64,000 bases of DNA. Origin: a virus. Shown here piece by piece: positions 10,214 through 19,843 of the stretch. The notes beneath the pieces are model-generated. The model was not told the origin of the DNA and searched no databases. It saw only the letters and a list, made by a program, of their open reading frames with translations. The stretch covers positions 46,524 to 110,523 of the IMG/VR virus record IMGVR_UViG_3300000228_000004. One strand, given 5' to 3'. A program made the translations under genes and the position numbers. Position 1 is the first letter of the stretch, and each line of letters opens with the position of its first letter.

Positions 10214-10583
10214 TATATAAATTTAATCACTTTTTATAGTGATACCTCTGCTTTTTCGTGTATACCTGCCTCTTTAAGCCTTTTAACCACTAACTTCTTT
10301 CACCGTTTTTATATCTATCGTGTTAGATATATCAGGGTATATAGCGAACACGCCATACCATACCCAAAGTACTGTTTGGATAAATGGTATTCAGGCAAAT
10401 TCACGATTTCAATAATTTCATATTAAACGCCGAATTTTGCCCTAAAATCATTTAACATTTCAAGTAAGTCTTCTACTTGAAATTGATTCAACCATTCTCT
10501 AGTCAATCCGAACTCATTTGCTAATGTATTCACTACTTGTGATTTTGCCATTTTAGACCCTTTATGTTTAATTGTTATAATAT

Positions 10584-10616
10584 ATTATACCGCAAGTTAG
10601 CTTAAAGTAAGGTTAA
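10584..10616 (-). promoter_or_regulatory. early promoter; distal TTAA overlaps the stop codon of the middle polymerase fragment
   Basis: Minus strand TTAACCTTACTTTAAGCTAACTTGCGGTATAAT. Confidence 0.8.
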
Positions 10617-11878
10617 ACAGTCTTCAATTTAGCTTGTAATGCTTTATACATTAACATTTTTCTCTTTACTTCTTTCCTAGTAGAATAAATGTTCCCTACT
10701 ATTTCGGGTATTATACCCTCATTGTCACGCCTAAAGAAAGCATTCATGCCAAAAGCAACATCATATTTATGCGTAACTTCTCTAATTTCAGCAAGGCTAT
10801 CAGGATTAAGGTACACTTCTTCATGCTCGTGTGTGTGATACTTAGCTCGTAAATTTTTCAATTCTTGAGGCAACTCATATTCATTTATATATGTTTCTGG
10901 TGACATATTAAAAGCGCGCATACCAAGTAACGGGTACATTGAGTTGACGTCGACTGAAACCAACCAATTATGTTTACCCTTTTGTGGTTGTCGAACATAA
11001 CCACCAATAATTGTTTTATCTAGGCGGCTATGTCTGTCGAACGGCATTACAAGTCCCTCTTTCATAGCAAGGTTAGTCAGATATTGCCCCCAAGGTTTAA
11101 CAGTGCCGAAGGAGTCATCCATATTAATACCCATCATTGAAGATAAAATTTTCATAAGCTCTATTAACTTCAGTTTATCCTCTAGTTTTTTCAGGAGCAA
11201 AACATCTTGTATAGAATATTCTATGAATAAGTCTTTATCCCCGTGATAGAAATCTACTATATCATCAAACTTCCCATAGTCAACCTTACCCTCACCAACA
11301 CCAAGTTCCACTTTAACGATGTTGTCCAATGCGTATGACACTTGTGGCTTAGTTACGAACTTTTTGTATGCTTTCATCATATCGATTAGATAAATTCCTT
11401 CCCAGTCATAGTTCATCCCTTCCATCGTTTTTATCTCTTTAACTTTATTAATTGGGGATAATCTTCTATAATTCACCCCGTCCAATTTCATTGCTCTGTT
11501 AGTGATATATGGGAAGTCGAATGAATCACCATTCCAAGCAGTTATAACCGTCGGTTTTAAATTTTCAAGTAATTTAATAAAATCTTTAAAAAGTTCTTTT
11601 TCATCATAGTAGTGTTTGAATATCAAATTATCATATTTCTTAAATTTGGTTTCGTCGACCATTTTGTCTAAACTTAGAATTATTATCTTGTTGCTATAAC
11701 TGTCGTATATCTGTATTTGTGAAACTGTCTTTTCAGCAAGCTGAGGATCTGGGAATGACTTATCTGCGTAATAACATGAATTTTTAAATAAAACCCATTC
11801 ATTCAATTCTTCATCGAATACTTCATAGTCAGTATAATCTTCAGCAAGAATCTCCGACATTTTCATTATTTTTTCCAT
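10613..11878 (-). CDS. 43: family B DNA polymerase, middle fragment (Exo II/III, palm motif A, fingers-A)
   Basis: FPDP, AWNGDSFDFPY, YSIQDV, GGYVRQP, SVDVNSMYP, GIIPEIV..IYSTRK. Confidence 0.95.
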   Translation of the reverse strand: MEKIMKMSEILAEDYTDYEVFDEELNEWVLFKNSCYYADKSFPDPQLAEKTVSQIQIYDSYSNKIIILSLDKMVDETKFKKYDNLIFKHYYDEKELFKDFIKLLENLKPTVITAWNGDSFDFPYITNRAMKLDGVNYRRLSPINKVKEIKTMEGMNYDWEGIYLIDMMKAYKKFVTKPQVSYALDNIVKVELGVGEGKVDYGKFDDIVDFYHGDKDLFIEYSIQDVLLLKKLEDKLKLIELMKILSSMMGINMDDSFGTVKPWGQYLTNLAMKEGLVMPFDRHSRLDKTIIGGYVRQPQKGKHNWLVSVDVNSMYPLLGMRAFNMSPETYINEYELPQELKNLRAKYHTHEHEEVYLNPDSLAEIREVTHKYDVAFGMNAFFRRDNEGIIPEIVGNIYSTRKEVKRKMLMYKALQAKLKTV

Positions 11879-12535
11879 CTTTCATTTCCTCCATTAATTT
11901 TCTTTCAGAATGTTTCTTTTTTACTGCTTCAGATATTCTTTTCCTTTGTTCAGGGGTTCCTTTTCTTATCAGAATTACTTTCGACAATATTTTTATACCT
12001 TTTGTCTCTTTCTTCCTTTTGGGCGTCCGTGAGGTTTTCCGTATATACATATACTGAATCTGATCGTCGCCTAATCGTTTCCTCTGAAGCCTTCGTACCT
12101 CTTCTTTTCTCAATCATTTTTTCTACGCGTTCTTCTAATTGCTCTTTAGAAAGGGATTCGATATATTTTTTCTGTGCTTTTGAATTTACACTTCTTCGCC
12201 AACTACTCTTATTCATCTCCGAAAGAAATTTCCCTTGTTCTTTAGCCCAAGTTTCTCTTATCAACGCAAAATCTCTATTATTAGTAACATACCTATTCTG
12301 ATTTTCACTTTGCATTAACACACAATTCAATAAGTATTCCTCTTTCATTCGTGTAAATTTTCACTAATGACTTATGAGCTATAAAATGTTCTCTAGCAGT
12401 TAAGTAAACTAAGTTTGAATTTTCGTTATCACCGCCCATACAAGATGGAACAATATGATGAACTTCACCATACCCTTCAAAACAAATTTCTCTTCTCTTT
12501 TTAACCAATTCTTGGTAAATTTTCAAATAATCCAT
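11841..12535 (-). pseudogene. MobE-like HNH homing endonuclease, broken into three frames
   Basis: YLKIYQEL...EVHHIVPSCMGG...NLVYLTAREHFIAH...KIY, continuing in ORFs 11950-12348 and 11841-12113 with basic NUMOD-like repeats. Confidence 0.8.
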
Positions 12536-12575
12536 AAATACTCCTTTTAAGTAATTAATGCTCGATATCTAAAAA

Positions 12576-12989
12576 CTAACTTTTCACCCTAACTCGTATT
12601 TCATAGTCTCTTCCGTACTTATTTTCTTCAACAGTTTCTATATCGAAAAACCATATTCGCATATCGTTGTTTTTTCCATTATTGAAAAAATTATCTCTTA
12701 TGTGTTTGTACTCTGGTCTCTGTCCGCCGTATAGTTCTTTACCGAGTGAATCCATCAACCCCTTAAACTCTTTTTCTTCTTTTGAAGAAGTAAATTCCCT
12801 TTTAGACAATTTCACGGATGGGTCTAGTATATATGAAAATTCACCATTTTTATTTTTTTCAAAGTATTCGTATTTTGGTGATATTTCTTCTATTCTTACT
12901 TGGTTCGTGTCAGTGTTCCTTGTTCTGCAAAAGTATTTAAAATCACTTTTCCATACTTTTTCATATTGTTCATTTTCGTAATCTCTCAT
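12576..12989 (-). CDS. 43: family B DNA polymerase, N-terminal fragment ending just after Exo I
   Basis: gp43-like N-domain ending MRIWFFDIET plus an 18-aa tail. Confidence 0.85.
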   Translation of the reverse strand: MRDYENEQYEKVWKSDFKYFCRTRNTDTNQVRIEEISPKYEYFEKNKNGEFSYILDPSVKLSKREFTSSKEEKEFKGLMDSLGKELYGGQRPEYKHIRDNFFNNGKNNDMRIWFFDIETVEENKYGRDYEIRVRVKS

Positions 12990-13258
12990 TATATACCACC
13001 GAATAGTTTTCTTAATATGATCTGATAATTCCTTCCCTTTCTAGTACTATAATCTATCGCAGTGACGACCACCATAGAATAAGGGACTGAAAGGTTTGGA
13101 TGTGATATCCAAGAGCTATATAATTCACCCAAACCAAATTTTATAGAAGCATCTTTTATTTGTGAAAGATAAAAATTTATTTTTCTAAAATTAAACATAA
13201 CAAATAACCAGCCCATCCTAGAAGAAATTTTCCTAAAAAACATTATTTTCTCTTTCAT
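12989..13258 (-). CDS. hypothetical protein
   Basis: ORF packed between the helicase and polymerase genes. Confidence 0.45.
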   Translation of the reverse strand: MKEKIMFFRKISSRMGWLFVMFNFRKINFYLSQIKDASIKFGLGELYSSWISHPNLSVPYSMVVVTAIDYSTRKGRNYQIILRKLFGGI

Positions 13259-13265
13259 ACTAATC

Positions 13266-14624
13266 CTAATTGAAATTTATTACTGAAGTATCCATATCTC
13301 GTTCAGTCGCTTTTTGTAAAACATGTGTATTCGCTTTCGCCACTTGTTGCTCGACACCATCTTCATCAAGGTCACTGAACCTGACAGTAGAAAAATCCGT
13401 TTCAACTAAATGCGATGAAAGCATACCTGTGTTCCTATTCTTTAAGAACTTAATTAGGCTTTGATTCATTTCCCTTAATTGTGGGTTAGAAAGTAACGCG
13501 ATTACATTGTCAGCGGTCTGTATAACACCAAGTGAGTCAGCGATAGAGTCCAACCCTGACTCTAAGTTATCAAAACTCCCTCTGTTTAACTGGGCAGCAG
13601 TTAGTGCGATTATATCCTCTTTCTTGCTAAAACCATGTAATTCTTCCGCGATAGACTTGTAATAGGCATACCCACCAGCCGTACCTAAAGAAACCCTTGT
13701 TGACGCCATTAAGCCTATGTAATCAATACATATTAAGTCTGGCGTGAAACCATCCTTTGACTTCAATTCATTTAAAAGTGCTTTTAATGTCAATGTACTG
13801 AAAGTACCAGATGGAAAATCCTTAATGACCAAATTCCCAGCTATTTCTGAAATGGATTTCATCCTACTTTCAAATTCTTTTCTATCTAATTTACCCAAAT
13901 CGTTAGCAGGGTGGTTCAAAAGATTAGCGTCTATCCTTCTAGCGATTTCCATATCAGTCATTTCCAGTGAAATGAATAAAACATTCTTCCCAGATAAGTA
14001 AGCCGAACTTGCCGCCGACATAAGGATCGCACTTTTACCGCCGTGTGAAGGTGCTACGATTAAATTCAATGTTTTAGACCTCAACCCACTACCAAGTGCC
14101 AAATCTACCGACGGGAGCCCGATACTAAGCCCAGATATTCTTTGAGTATAGTAATCATATCTTTCTAGTGTGGCTTTTTCTTCCTTGTATTTCATCCCTA
14201 TATCATAGTCAAATGAAATACTCAGTGCTTTCTCTATCATACCAATAATAGGTTCGAATGGCTGGTCATTTTCTATTAAATCGGCTGATTTAAAAATTGC
14301 TTCAGATAATTCTTCTTTTTGGATATATTTTTCAGTTTGGTCAATTAAAAATTCTTTATTTTCAACAGATGGTTCAAGAATAACTTCTTTGAATTGCCCA
14401 ATAACTTTAAGTTTGATATTCTCACTCACCTCACCTGAATTTTTAATAAAAATACCAAGTTCTTTAGGGTTTGGGGTAGCATCGTATTCTTTGTTATATT
14501 GTACTAGAGCCTTAAATATCTCAGAATTTTCTAAGTTCGAAAAATGTGAACTCTTTAAGTGCGGGAAAACCTTTGCGAAATATTCTGGGTCAACTATCAA
14601 ATTTTTCAGTATTACACTTTCCAC
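13266..14624 (-). CDS. 41: replicative DnaB-like helicase (gp41)
   Basis: APSHGGKS Walker A, FISLEM, ICIDYIGL, AAQLNR, LKNR. Confidence 0.93.
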   Translation of the reverse strand: MESVILKNLIVDPEYFAKVFPHLKSSHFSNLENSEIFKALVQYNKEYDATPNPKELGIFIKNSGEVSENIKLKVIGQFKEVILEPSVENKEFLIDQTEKYIQKEELSEAIFKSADLIENDQPFEPIIGMIEKALSISFDYDIGMKYKEEKATLERYDYYTQRISGLSIGLPSVDLALGSGLRSKTLNLIVAPSHGGKSAILMSAASSAYLSGKNVLFISLEMTDMEIARRIDANLLNHPANDLGKLDRKEFESRMKSISEIAGNLVIKDFPSGTFSTLTLKALLNELKSKDGFTPDLICIDYIGLMASTRVSLGTAGGYAYYKSIAEELHGFSKKEDIIALTAAQLNRGSFDNLESGLDSIADSLGVIQTADNVIALLSNPQLREMNQSLIKFLKNRNTGMLSSHLVETDFSTVRFSDLDEDGVEQQVAKANTHVLQKATERDMDTSVINFN

Positions 14625-14739
14625 ATCAATCCTTTTATTACAACGCGATGTATATTATTTTCACATGCGCGTTACCACCCATAACGGGGGTGTTTGTTTT
14701 GGTTATTATACCACATTAATATAAAATCAAACTTAATCA

Positions 14740-15557
14740 ACCTTTGCTAAAACCACTCAGAAACTAACTCTAAATTTTCACTGAAAAATAAACATTCCAA
14801 ATTTCCATTTTTTTGTTTGTTGGTTGAAGGAGCAGTTGAATTCATTTCCCTTATTTTTTCGAATTTTAAATCACCATTTATATTGTTCAGTATATCTGTA
14901 TAAACATAATCAAAATCCCCTTTTTTTAAAAAGTCAATGAATTCGCGTAAATCGTTTTCAGAAAACCCACTATAAGATGAAGCTTGTGAAAAATAAGGGG
15001 ATCTAAAAAATACAGCGCATCGGTGTTCCCCATCAGGGTTTTATATGATAGATTAGTAATCTTTGTCTTTCTTAATACATCTTTCACTGAATTGAAATCC
15101 GTTTCATTTAAAGTGTAAAATCTACCCCCGAAGCTTTGATTCATACCGTTTGGTCCAAATCTTAAAAATGAATTAATACAAGAATTTGTTAAAAAATGTA
15201 GATATACCCCTTCCTCTTCTACCCCAGTCTTCCAGAAATTTTGATTGAACCAATCCCTGAAAGCATAATAAGAATTTTTGTCTTCTTTTATATATCCCCA
15301 AATTTCTCTAGTACGAACCGTTGTTCTTGGGTATATTCTTTGAAATTTATTATTTTAAATGTTTCGTACATTCTATATATATTTTCGTCTAAATCATTTA
15401 CCGAATATTCATCAAATGATTTATCCAAATTAAACAAAACCGCACCTGAACCGACGAAAGGTTCTATATAAATTTCCTTTTTCGTATTATTGATGTATTC
15501 ATTTATGATACCGACAAACTTAGATTTACTGCCGGAATACCTAAAAAATTTTAACAT
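14740..15557 (-). pseudogene. dam: Dam-like N6-adenine DNA methyltransferase, frameshifted
   Basis: FRYSGSK, EPFVGSGAV, NDLD, RFGPNG.NQSFG; the FLDPPY motif is broken by a missing C in a C-run near 14997, with another shift near 15290. The reconstructed end is ...LVSEWF*. Confidence 0.8.
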
Positions 15558-15572
15558 TTTTTGTCCTTGTTA

Positions 15573-16553
15573 TTAAAACGGGGTGTTTATGTGGTCTTCA
15601 ATAATTTCAATGATCCCCTCTATTATACCCAAGTGGTCATCCCTCAACATATTATCATCAATAGTAATACCGAAAGCATGATCATGTCCACCACTTGATA
15701 TTACCATCGGGTTTTGTCTCACATACCACAGGATAGTATCTTTCAATTGCTTAGCGTCGGTGTTATCTACCCTATGTGAAAATCGTATAGAAATATTCTT
15801 ACCTTTTGTCTCATAAGGTAAAACATAATAATCGAAATCTGGGTAGTCATTTTGCCAAAATGACTTATGTTTATCACAAAAAGCAAGTAAAATAGAATTT
15901 TCTTCGTCAAACACCGCTATATTGTTTTCTATAAGTGATTTGAAATACCTATCTTTATCTTCCAAAATTTTAACATATATATCTTTGAACATTTTAGGTA
16001 TTTTATATTGGTTTCTTATGATGTTTGATTTGAATGCCGAAAGCTTCAATTCCCAGAATACTGAATTTAAAAACCAACCTATTTTGAAATTAGTTGGGTC
16101 TTCAAACTCTTTGTATATATCAAATGCATTAATAAACCCAACCAACTTTCCTAAATCTTCATTTACTGAGTGCGTAAATTCATAAGTCAATAGGGTAGCT
16201 GACTTCCCTATCTCGTGCTTACAGTAAACATTAGGGAAACTCGCCAATTCATTAAATGTTTCTAATACATCACCCTCATATGGGTGATGGTCTATGAATA
16301 TAATTTTAATATGTGGGTGCCCTTCCGCTACTCTCATCAATTCTAGAAAAGCATCTTTATCGAAACTTAAATCAGTCACGAATAGGGTTTTAGTTAAATG
16401 ATTGATGTCCAAGTCTATTGATTTCAGTGTATCTGTTACTGACCCATACGATACATGAAAGGTATCCATATCCCCGAATTTTTCTCTTAGTACTATGTTC
16501 GACCCAGCGCCATCAAGATCATTATGCGTCAAGTTAATTCTTTCTTTCATCAA
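15573..16553 (-). CDS. DHH-family phosphoesterase/exonuclease
   Basis: THNDLDG, VTDLS, IDHH and GGH motifs. Confidence 0.85.
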   Translation of the reverse strand: MMKERINLTHNDLDGAGSNIVLREKFGDMDTFHVSYGSVTDTLKSIDLDINHLTKTLFVTDLSFDKDAFLELMRVAEGHPHIKIIFIDHHPYEGDVLETFNELASFPNVYCKHEIGKSATLLTYEFTHSVNEDLGKLVGFINAFDIYKEFEDPTNFKIGWFLNSVFWELKLSAFKSNIIRNQYKIPKMFKDIYVKILEDKDRYFKSLIENNIAVFDEENSILLAFCDKHKSFWQNDYPDFDYYVLPYETKGKNISIRFSHRVDNTDAKQLKDTILWYVRQNPMVISSGGHDHAFGITIDDNMLRDDHLGIIEGIIEIIEDHINTPF

Positions 16554-16987
16554 ACTTTACCCTTTGAATATTTTTTGTTAATTCTTTCTATTTCGATTTC
16601 AGGCATCATTTCTATATATTCTAACGCAGTACTTTCATTACACCTATAATATCTCATTACATTATCGATGGAACCGCTTTCGAATTTTTTCTTCCCTTTT
16701 TCAAACGGTATAAAACTTTTCGAGACCATGTTTCGTATTATATCCCATTGCTTATCAACTGGTATAGTTTTAGTCGTGAACATCAAAGCAAAATCTAAAG
16801 TATTCTCGAATCTAGCCAATAATTTATGAAACATAAATTCACTTATTTTCTCTTTTTCTTTTTGGGGGGGTTTTATTTTTTTATCAATACTAGCATTCAT
16901 TACGCTCCACATAGAAGTTTCTTTTGGCGGCATATACTCTGGTATACTGGTTTCAGTATGGGTTATACCCCATTCATCAGCCAACAT
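16550..16987 (-). CDS. 62: clamp loader small subunit (gp62-like)
   Basis: Size, position near gp44 and the VMRYYRCNESTALEY helix motif. Confidence 0.7.
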   Translation of the reverse strand: MLADEWGITHTETSIPEYMPPKETSMWSVMNASIDKKIKPPQKEKEKISEFMFHKLLARFENTLDFALMFTTKTIPVDKQWDIIRNMVSKSFIPFEKGKKKFESGSIDNVMRYYRCNESTALEYIEMMPEIEIERINKKYSKGKV

Positions 16988-17372
16988 CCGATACCTCAGA
17001 TGTTCGTTTTGAATTAGCGGAAACTGGGGCTACTGGGTCAGGCGTTTCCTGACCTTTACCCTCACGCGGAATTCCTTTCTTTTTCATTAGGTCGTGAACA
17101 CCTAGATTGGCTTCTTCACCAAATATGTCATAGTAATAAGAAATCGCGTCATTGATATTAGAGCTATGAAATTTATAAGACTCTTGTGCTTTTTCAACGA
17201 TACTCTTGAGGTTTTCATCTTCTGGGGTTTTATCCAGGACACCAGCCATATGTGAGTGAACAGACATTGCTTGTGACGCAAGGTGTGAATTTGACAAGGT
17301 ACTGAAAACTAAATCTAACCTCACTGTAATTTCTTCTAATTTTTTTCTTAACTCTTTCATTTCATTTTCCAT
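16977..17372 (-). CDS. hypothetical protein
   Basis: ORF with RBS. Confidence 0.55.
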   Translation of the reverse strand: MENEMKELRKKLEEITVRLDLVFSTLSNSHLASQAMSVHSHMAGVLDKTPEDENLKSIVEKAQESYKFHSSNINDAISYYYDIFGEEANLGVHDLMKKKGIPREGKGQETPDPVAPVSANSKRTSEVSDVG

Positions 17373-17482
17373 TTCATTCCCTTAAAATTGTTGATATTAT
17401 TACAACATAAGACCATATGTAGCTACATATGGTCGATCTCTCCCAATCCTCTGCATATGACTCCAAAGTACATTGTATGAAT

Positions 17483-17830
17483 TTACCATATATTCATAGA
17501 CTCACTTGAACCAGATATCGTTTTCGGTTTGATGCGGTATTTTATCCCTCTTTTAATATTCGAATCAAACCTGTTTAAGGTATCTGTAACTGTATCACGC
17601 CACTCATTGGTGTATTTATCACGCACTTGAATTTCCCTTCGGTCATCTATGAACTGTTTCCTAAGTTCCGCATATACATCATCTACTATGTAGTGATTGT
17701 ATATACACCAATTTGGTTCTTCTAGAAGTTCCCATCTTTTTCCTGGTTGTCTACTTCTGAACCACACCTTAATACCTGATGGGCTATTAGAGAATTTGTC
17801 CATCTCATCTTTATGTCCAGGTTTACACAT
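17483..17830 (-). CDS. YRIKP-family paralogue 4 (dispersed copy)
   Basis: HKDEM..F.NSP.G..VW, YIVDD, RKQFIDD, YRIKPKT. Confidence 0.7.
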   Translation of the reverse strand: MCKPGHKDEMDKFSNSPSGIKVWFRSRQPGKRWELLEEPNWCIYNHYIVDDVYAELRKQFIDDRREIQVRDKYTNEWRDTVTDTLNRFDSNIKRGIKYRIKPKTISGSSESMNIW

Positions 17831-17839
17831 TTCATTCCC

Positions 17840-18397
17840 TTAAAATTCAAAATCTTCATCATCTATTTCGCTATGCATAAAAGTATATTTTTCCTCAAAC
17901 CTCAACGCTACTGCTGGGTCTGATAATATTGGCTTCAAAAATTCCTTCCAATTATTCCATATTTCCTTTTCTCGCCATTTTTTGTCACCTTCTACACTAG
18001 CGCGTGAATAATACCCCATAGTCGGTTTTGTCACGAAACCGAATTCCAATAAATCATCTAAGATTCCATATGCTGGGTGTATCCCTCCGTCATATTTTAT
18101 GAGGTATCTAAGCTTCGTCAGTTCTTTACAGAACCTAGACTTTTTTGTCTGGGCTAATATTAATGCGCCAGTTATTTCCGTACTTGAATCAGTATCTTTC
18201 GCTTTTGCTTTTGAAGATCCAAGTACAATCGAGCTTGAAGCGAAGTATAACCCTCTACCACCGCCAATCGCAAGTGGATCGAACTGGTTCATGGAATTAT
18301 GTGAAATCAGCCCATTTCCTAATATATAATTATGACAAGGCGTTTCAATGTCATATACAGTTTCATGACCTTTTATGTTTACGCTTTTAACTTTCAT
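17840..18397 (-). CDS. uvsX: UvsX/RecA C-terminal half preceded by a 34-aa C-intein
   Basis: MKVKSV...VYDIETPCHNYILGNGLISHN|S (blocks F/G) then MNQFDPLAIGGGRGLYFASS...KKSRF; own AGGAGA RBS. Confidence 0.92.
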   Translation of the reverse strand: MKVKSVNIKGHETVYDIETPCHNYILGNGLISHNSMNQFDPLAIGGGRGLYFASSSIVLGSSKAKAKDTDSSTEITGALILAQTKKSRFCKELTKLRYLIKYDGGIHPAYGILDDLLEFGFVTKPTMGYYSRASVEGDKKWREKEIWNNWKEFLKPILSDPAVALRFEEKYTFMHSEIDDEDFEF

Positions 18398-18791
18398 CTA
18401 TTTCTCCTAATTTAATTTTCCACCCATAGAATTTACTTCTTTTGGAATATGGTTCTCTTTTCACACCCCGATTAAATTTGAATTACCATCATCCAATGTC
18501 AGTATATAACCTCTGGTCGTCATATAATTGGATATCATCATCAGTGACTAATTCACTCACTGGTACCCAAATTTGTTTTCCATCTCGCTCAACTAAAAAC
18601 TTATGGTTTTCCGTGAATTCCAATATTTCACCATTTTCCATCTCTATTGAATACACTGGGGCATCATCGTATTGGAAAATATCTTGGACTTCTTGATAAC
18701 CTTCCGTCGTTAATACTTCTTCACCTATCTTAATGTCAGCTAAAGACTTCCTTCCTTCTTTAGTCTTAACGGTCATTTTATTTGTCCCGCA
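18296..18791 (-). mobile_element. naturally split intein in UvsX (IntN 18492-18791, 100 aa; IntC 18296-18397, 34 aa)
   Basis: Cys1 after INQVYD, block B FTENHKF, C-terminal HN followed by Ser+1. Confidence 0.9.
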
Positions 18792-19379
18792 GTCATATAC
18801 CTGATTGATAACAAACACTGTCATCCCCAAACCAGTAAGGAGTTTCGCGAAAGTATTTTTCTTTTTTGATACGGTAAAGTCGGCTGCATCATTACCAGTA
18901 ATCGCGTCATTCACCGATTTAGAAGTGACTAAACCACCCCAAGAATCTATTACAAGTAAAACATTCCCTCTTTCTTCTTTACTCAATTCTTTAGTGATCG
19001 CCATGACCTGTTGTTGAACATCTTCTATTTGGTTACTTTGAATAACGAGGAGTCTCCCGAGGTCAATCCCGACAGAATTAGCAAAATCGAAGTCGAATGC
19101 CATTTCAGAATCGATGTAAATGACAATGAACTCATCATTTATTTTTTGTGAATTTTTAGATACTTTCAACCCAACAAAACTTTTTCCTAAACTGCTTGGC
19201 GCCGCGATTTGTGATATTTTTCCGACTGGTATACCGCCATTCAATCTTCCGCTAAAGAGGATATTCAGTACCAAAGAACCAGTACTGATGAACTTTTGCT
19301 CTCTTTCTATATTTTGGTACAGGTTTTCCTTTATCACTTTGTTTTTTGATAACTTCCCTATCATACTATTTTCTTTCAT
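18489..19379 (-). CDS. uvsX: UvsX/RecA N-terminal half followed by N-intein
   Basis: ISTGS..LN...SG, APSSLGKS, YIDSE, VIDSWG, INQVYD|CGTNK. Confidence 0.92.
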   Translation of the reverse strand: MKENSMIGKLSKNKVIKENLYQNIEREQKFISTGSLVLNILFSGRLNGGIPVGKISQIAAPSSLGKSFVGLKVSKNSQKINDEFIVIYIDSEMAFDFDFANSVGIDLGRLLVIQSNQIEDVQQQVMAITKELSKEERGNVLLVIDSWGGLVTSKSVNDAITGNDAADFTVSKKKNTFAKLLTGLGMTVFVINQVYDCGTNKMTVKTKEGRKSLADIKIGEEVLTTEGYQEVQDIFQYDDAPVYSIEMENGEILEFTENHKFLVERDGKQIWVPVSELVTDDDIQLYDDQRLYTDIG

Positions 19380-19801
19380 TCTTCCCCCGATTTATTGATT
19401 TGTTCTGATTTTTCTTTTAAATACTCTTCATACCTATTTGCTTGGAGATCACTGAGATTATCCAACATCGCTTCTACATCATTGATATCCCTTTCAGGAG
19501 AAGAATACCTGAATTCATCTTCGACACCATTCAATTCTTCCATTAGGAAGAAAAATTCTTCCATGAATATTTCCATACTTAGGTCATCTTCAAATAAAAT
19601 CCCATAAGAGTCATTTATTACTATCGAAGACTCTTTTTCATTTATAGAAACCGAATAAGGGTTTTCTAGAGCGCCATCTAAAACAAACAAGAGCGTTTCG
19701 ACTTCAGTGAATGTTCTATCTTCATGCACGGAATATAATTTCCTTATGTAACCGTTTACTCTCTTCACCATGAAATATGTTACATTATTTAGAAAATTCA
19801 C
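19376..19801 (-). CDS. hypothetical acidic protein
   Basis: ORF with RBS in the replication cluster. Confidence 0.55.
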   Translation of the reverse strand: MNFLNNVTYFMVKRVNGYIRKLYSVHEDRTFTEVETLLFVLDGALENPYSVSINEKESSIVINDSYGILFEDDLSMEIFMEEFFFLMEELNGVEDEFRYSSPERDINDVEAMLDNLSDLQANRYEEYLKEKSEQINKSGEE

Positions 19802-19843
19802 GCTCCCCCCTTTCCTTTAATTATACCGCGTCATACTTTACAT

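Noticed and set aside
11780-12630. Polymerase break as a group I intron or split intein
   Set aside because: The HNH ORF fills the gap with RBSs on both sides, leaving no intron core. The tails total only about 55 aa and lack Cys/Ser1, TxxH and HN, although YTDYEV...FKN|S loosely echoes an IntC.
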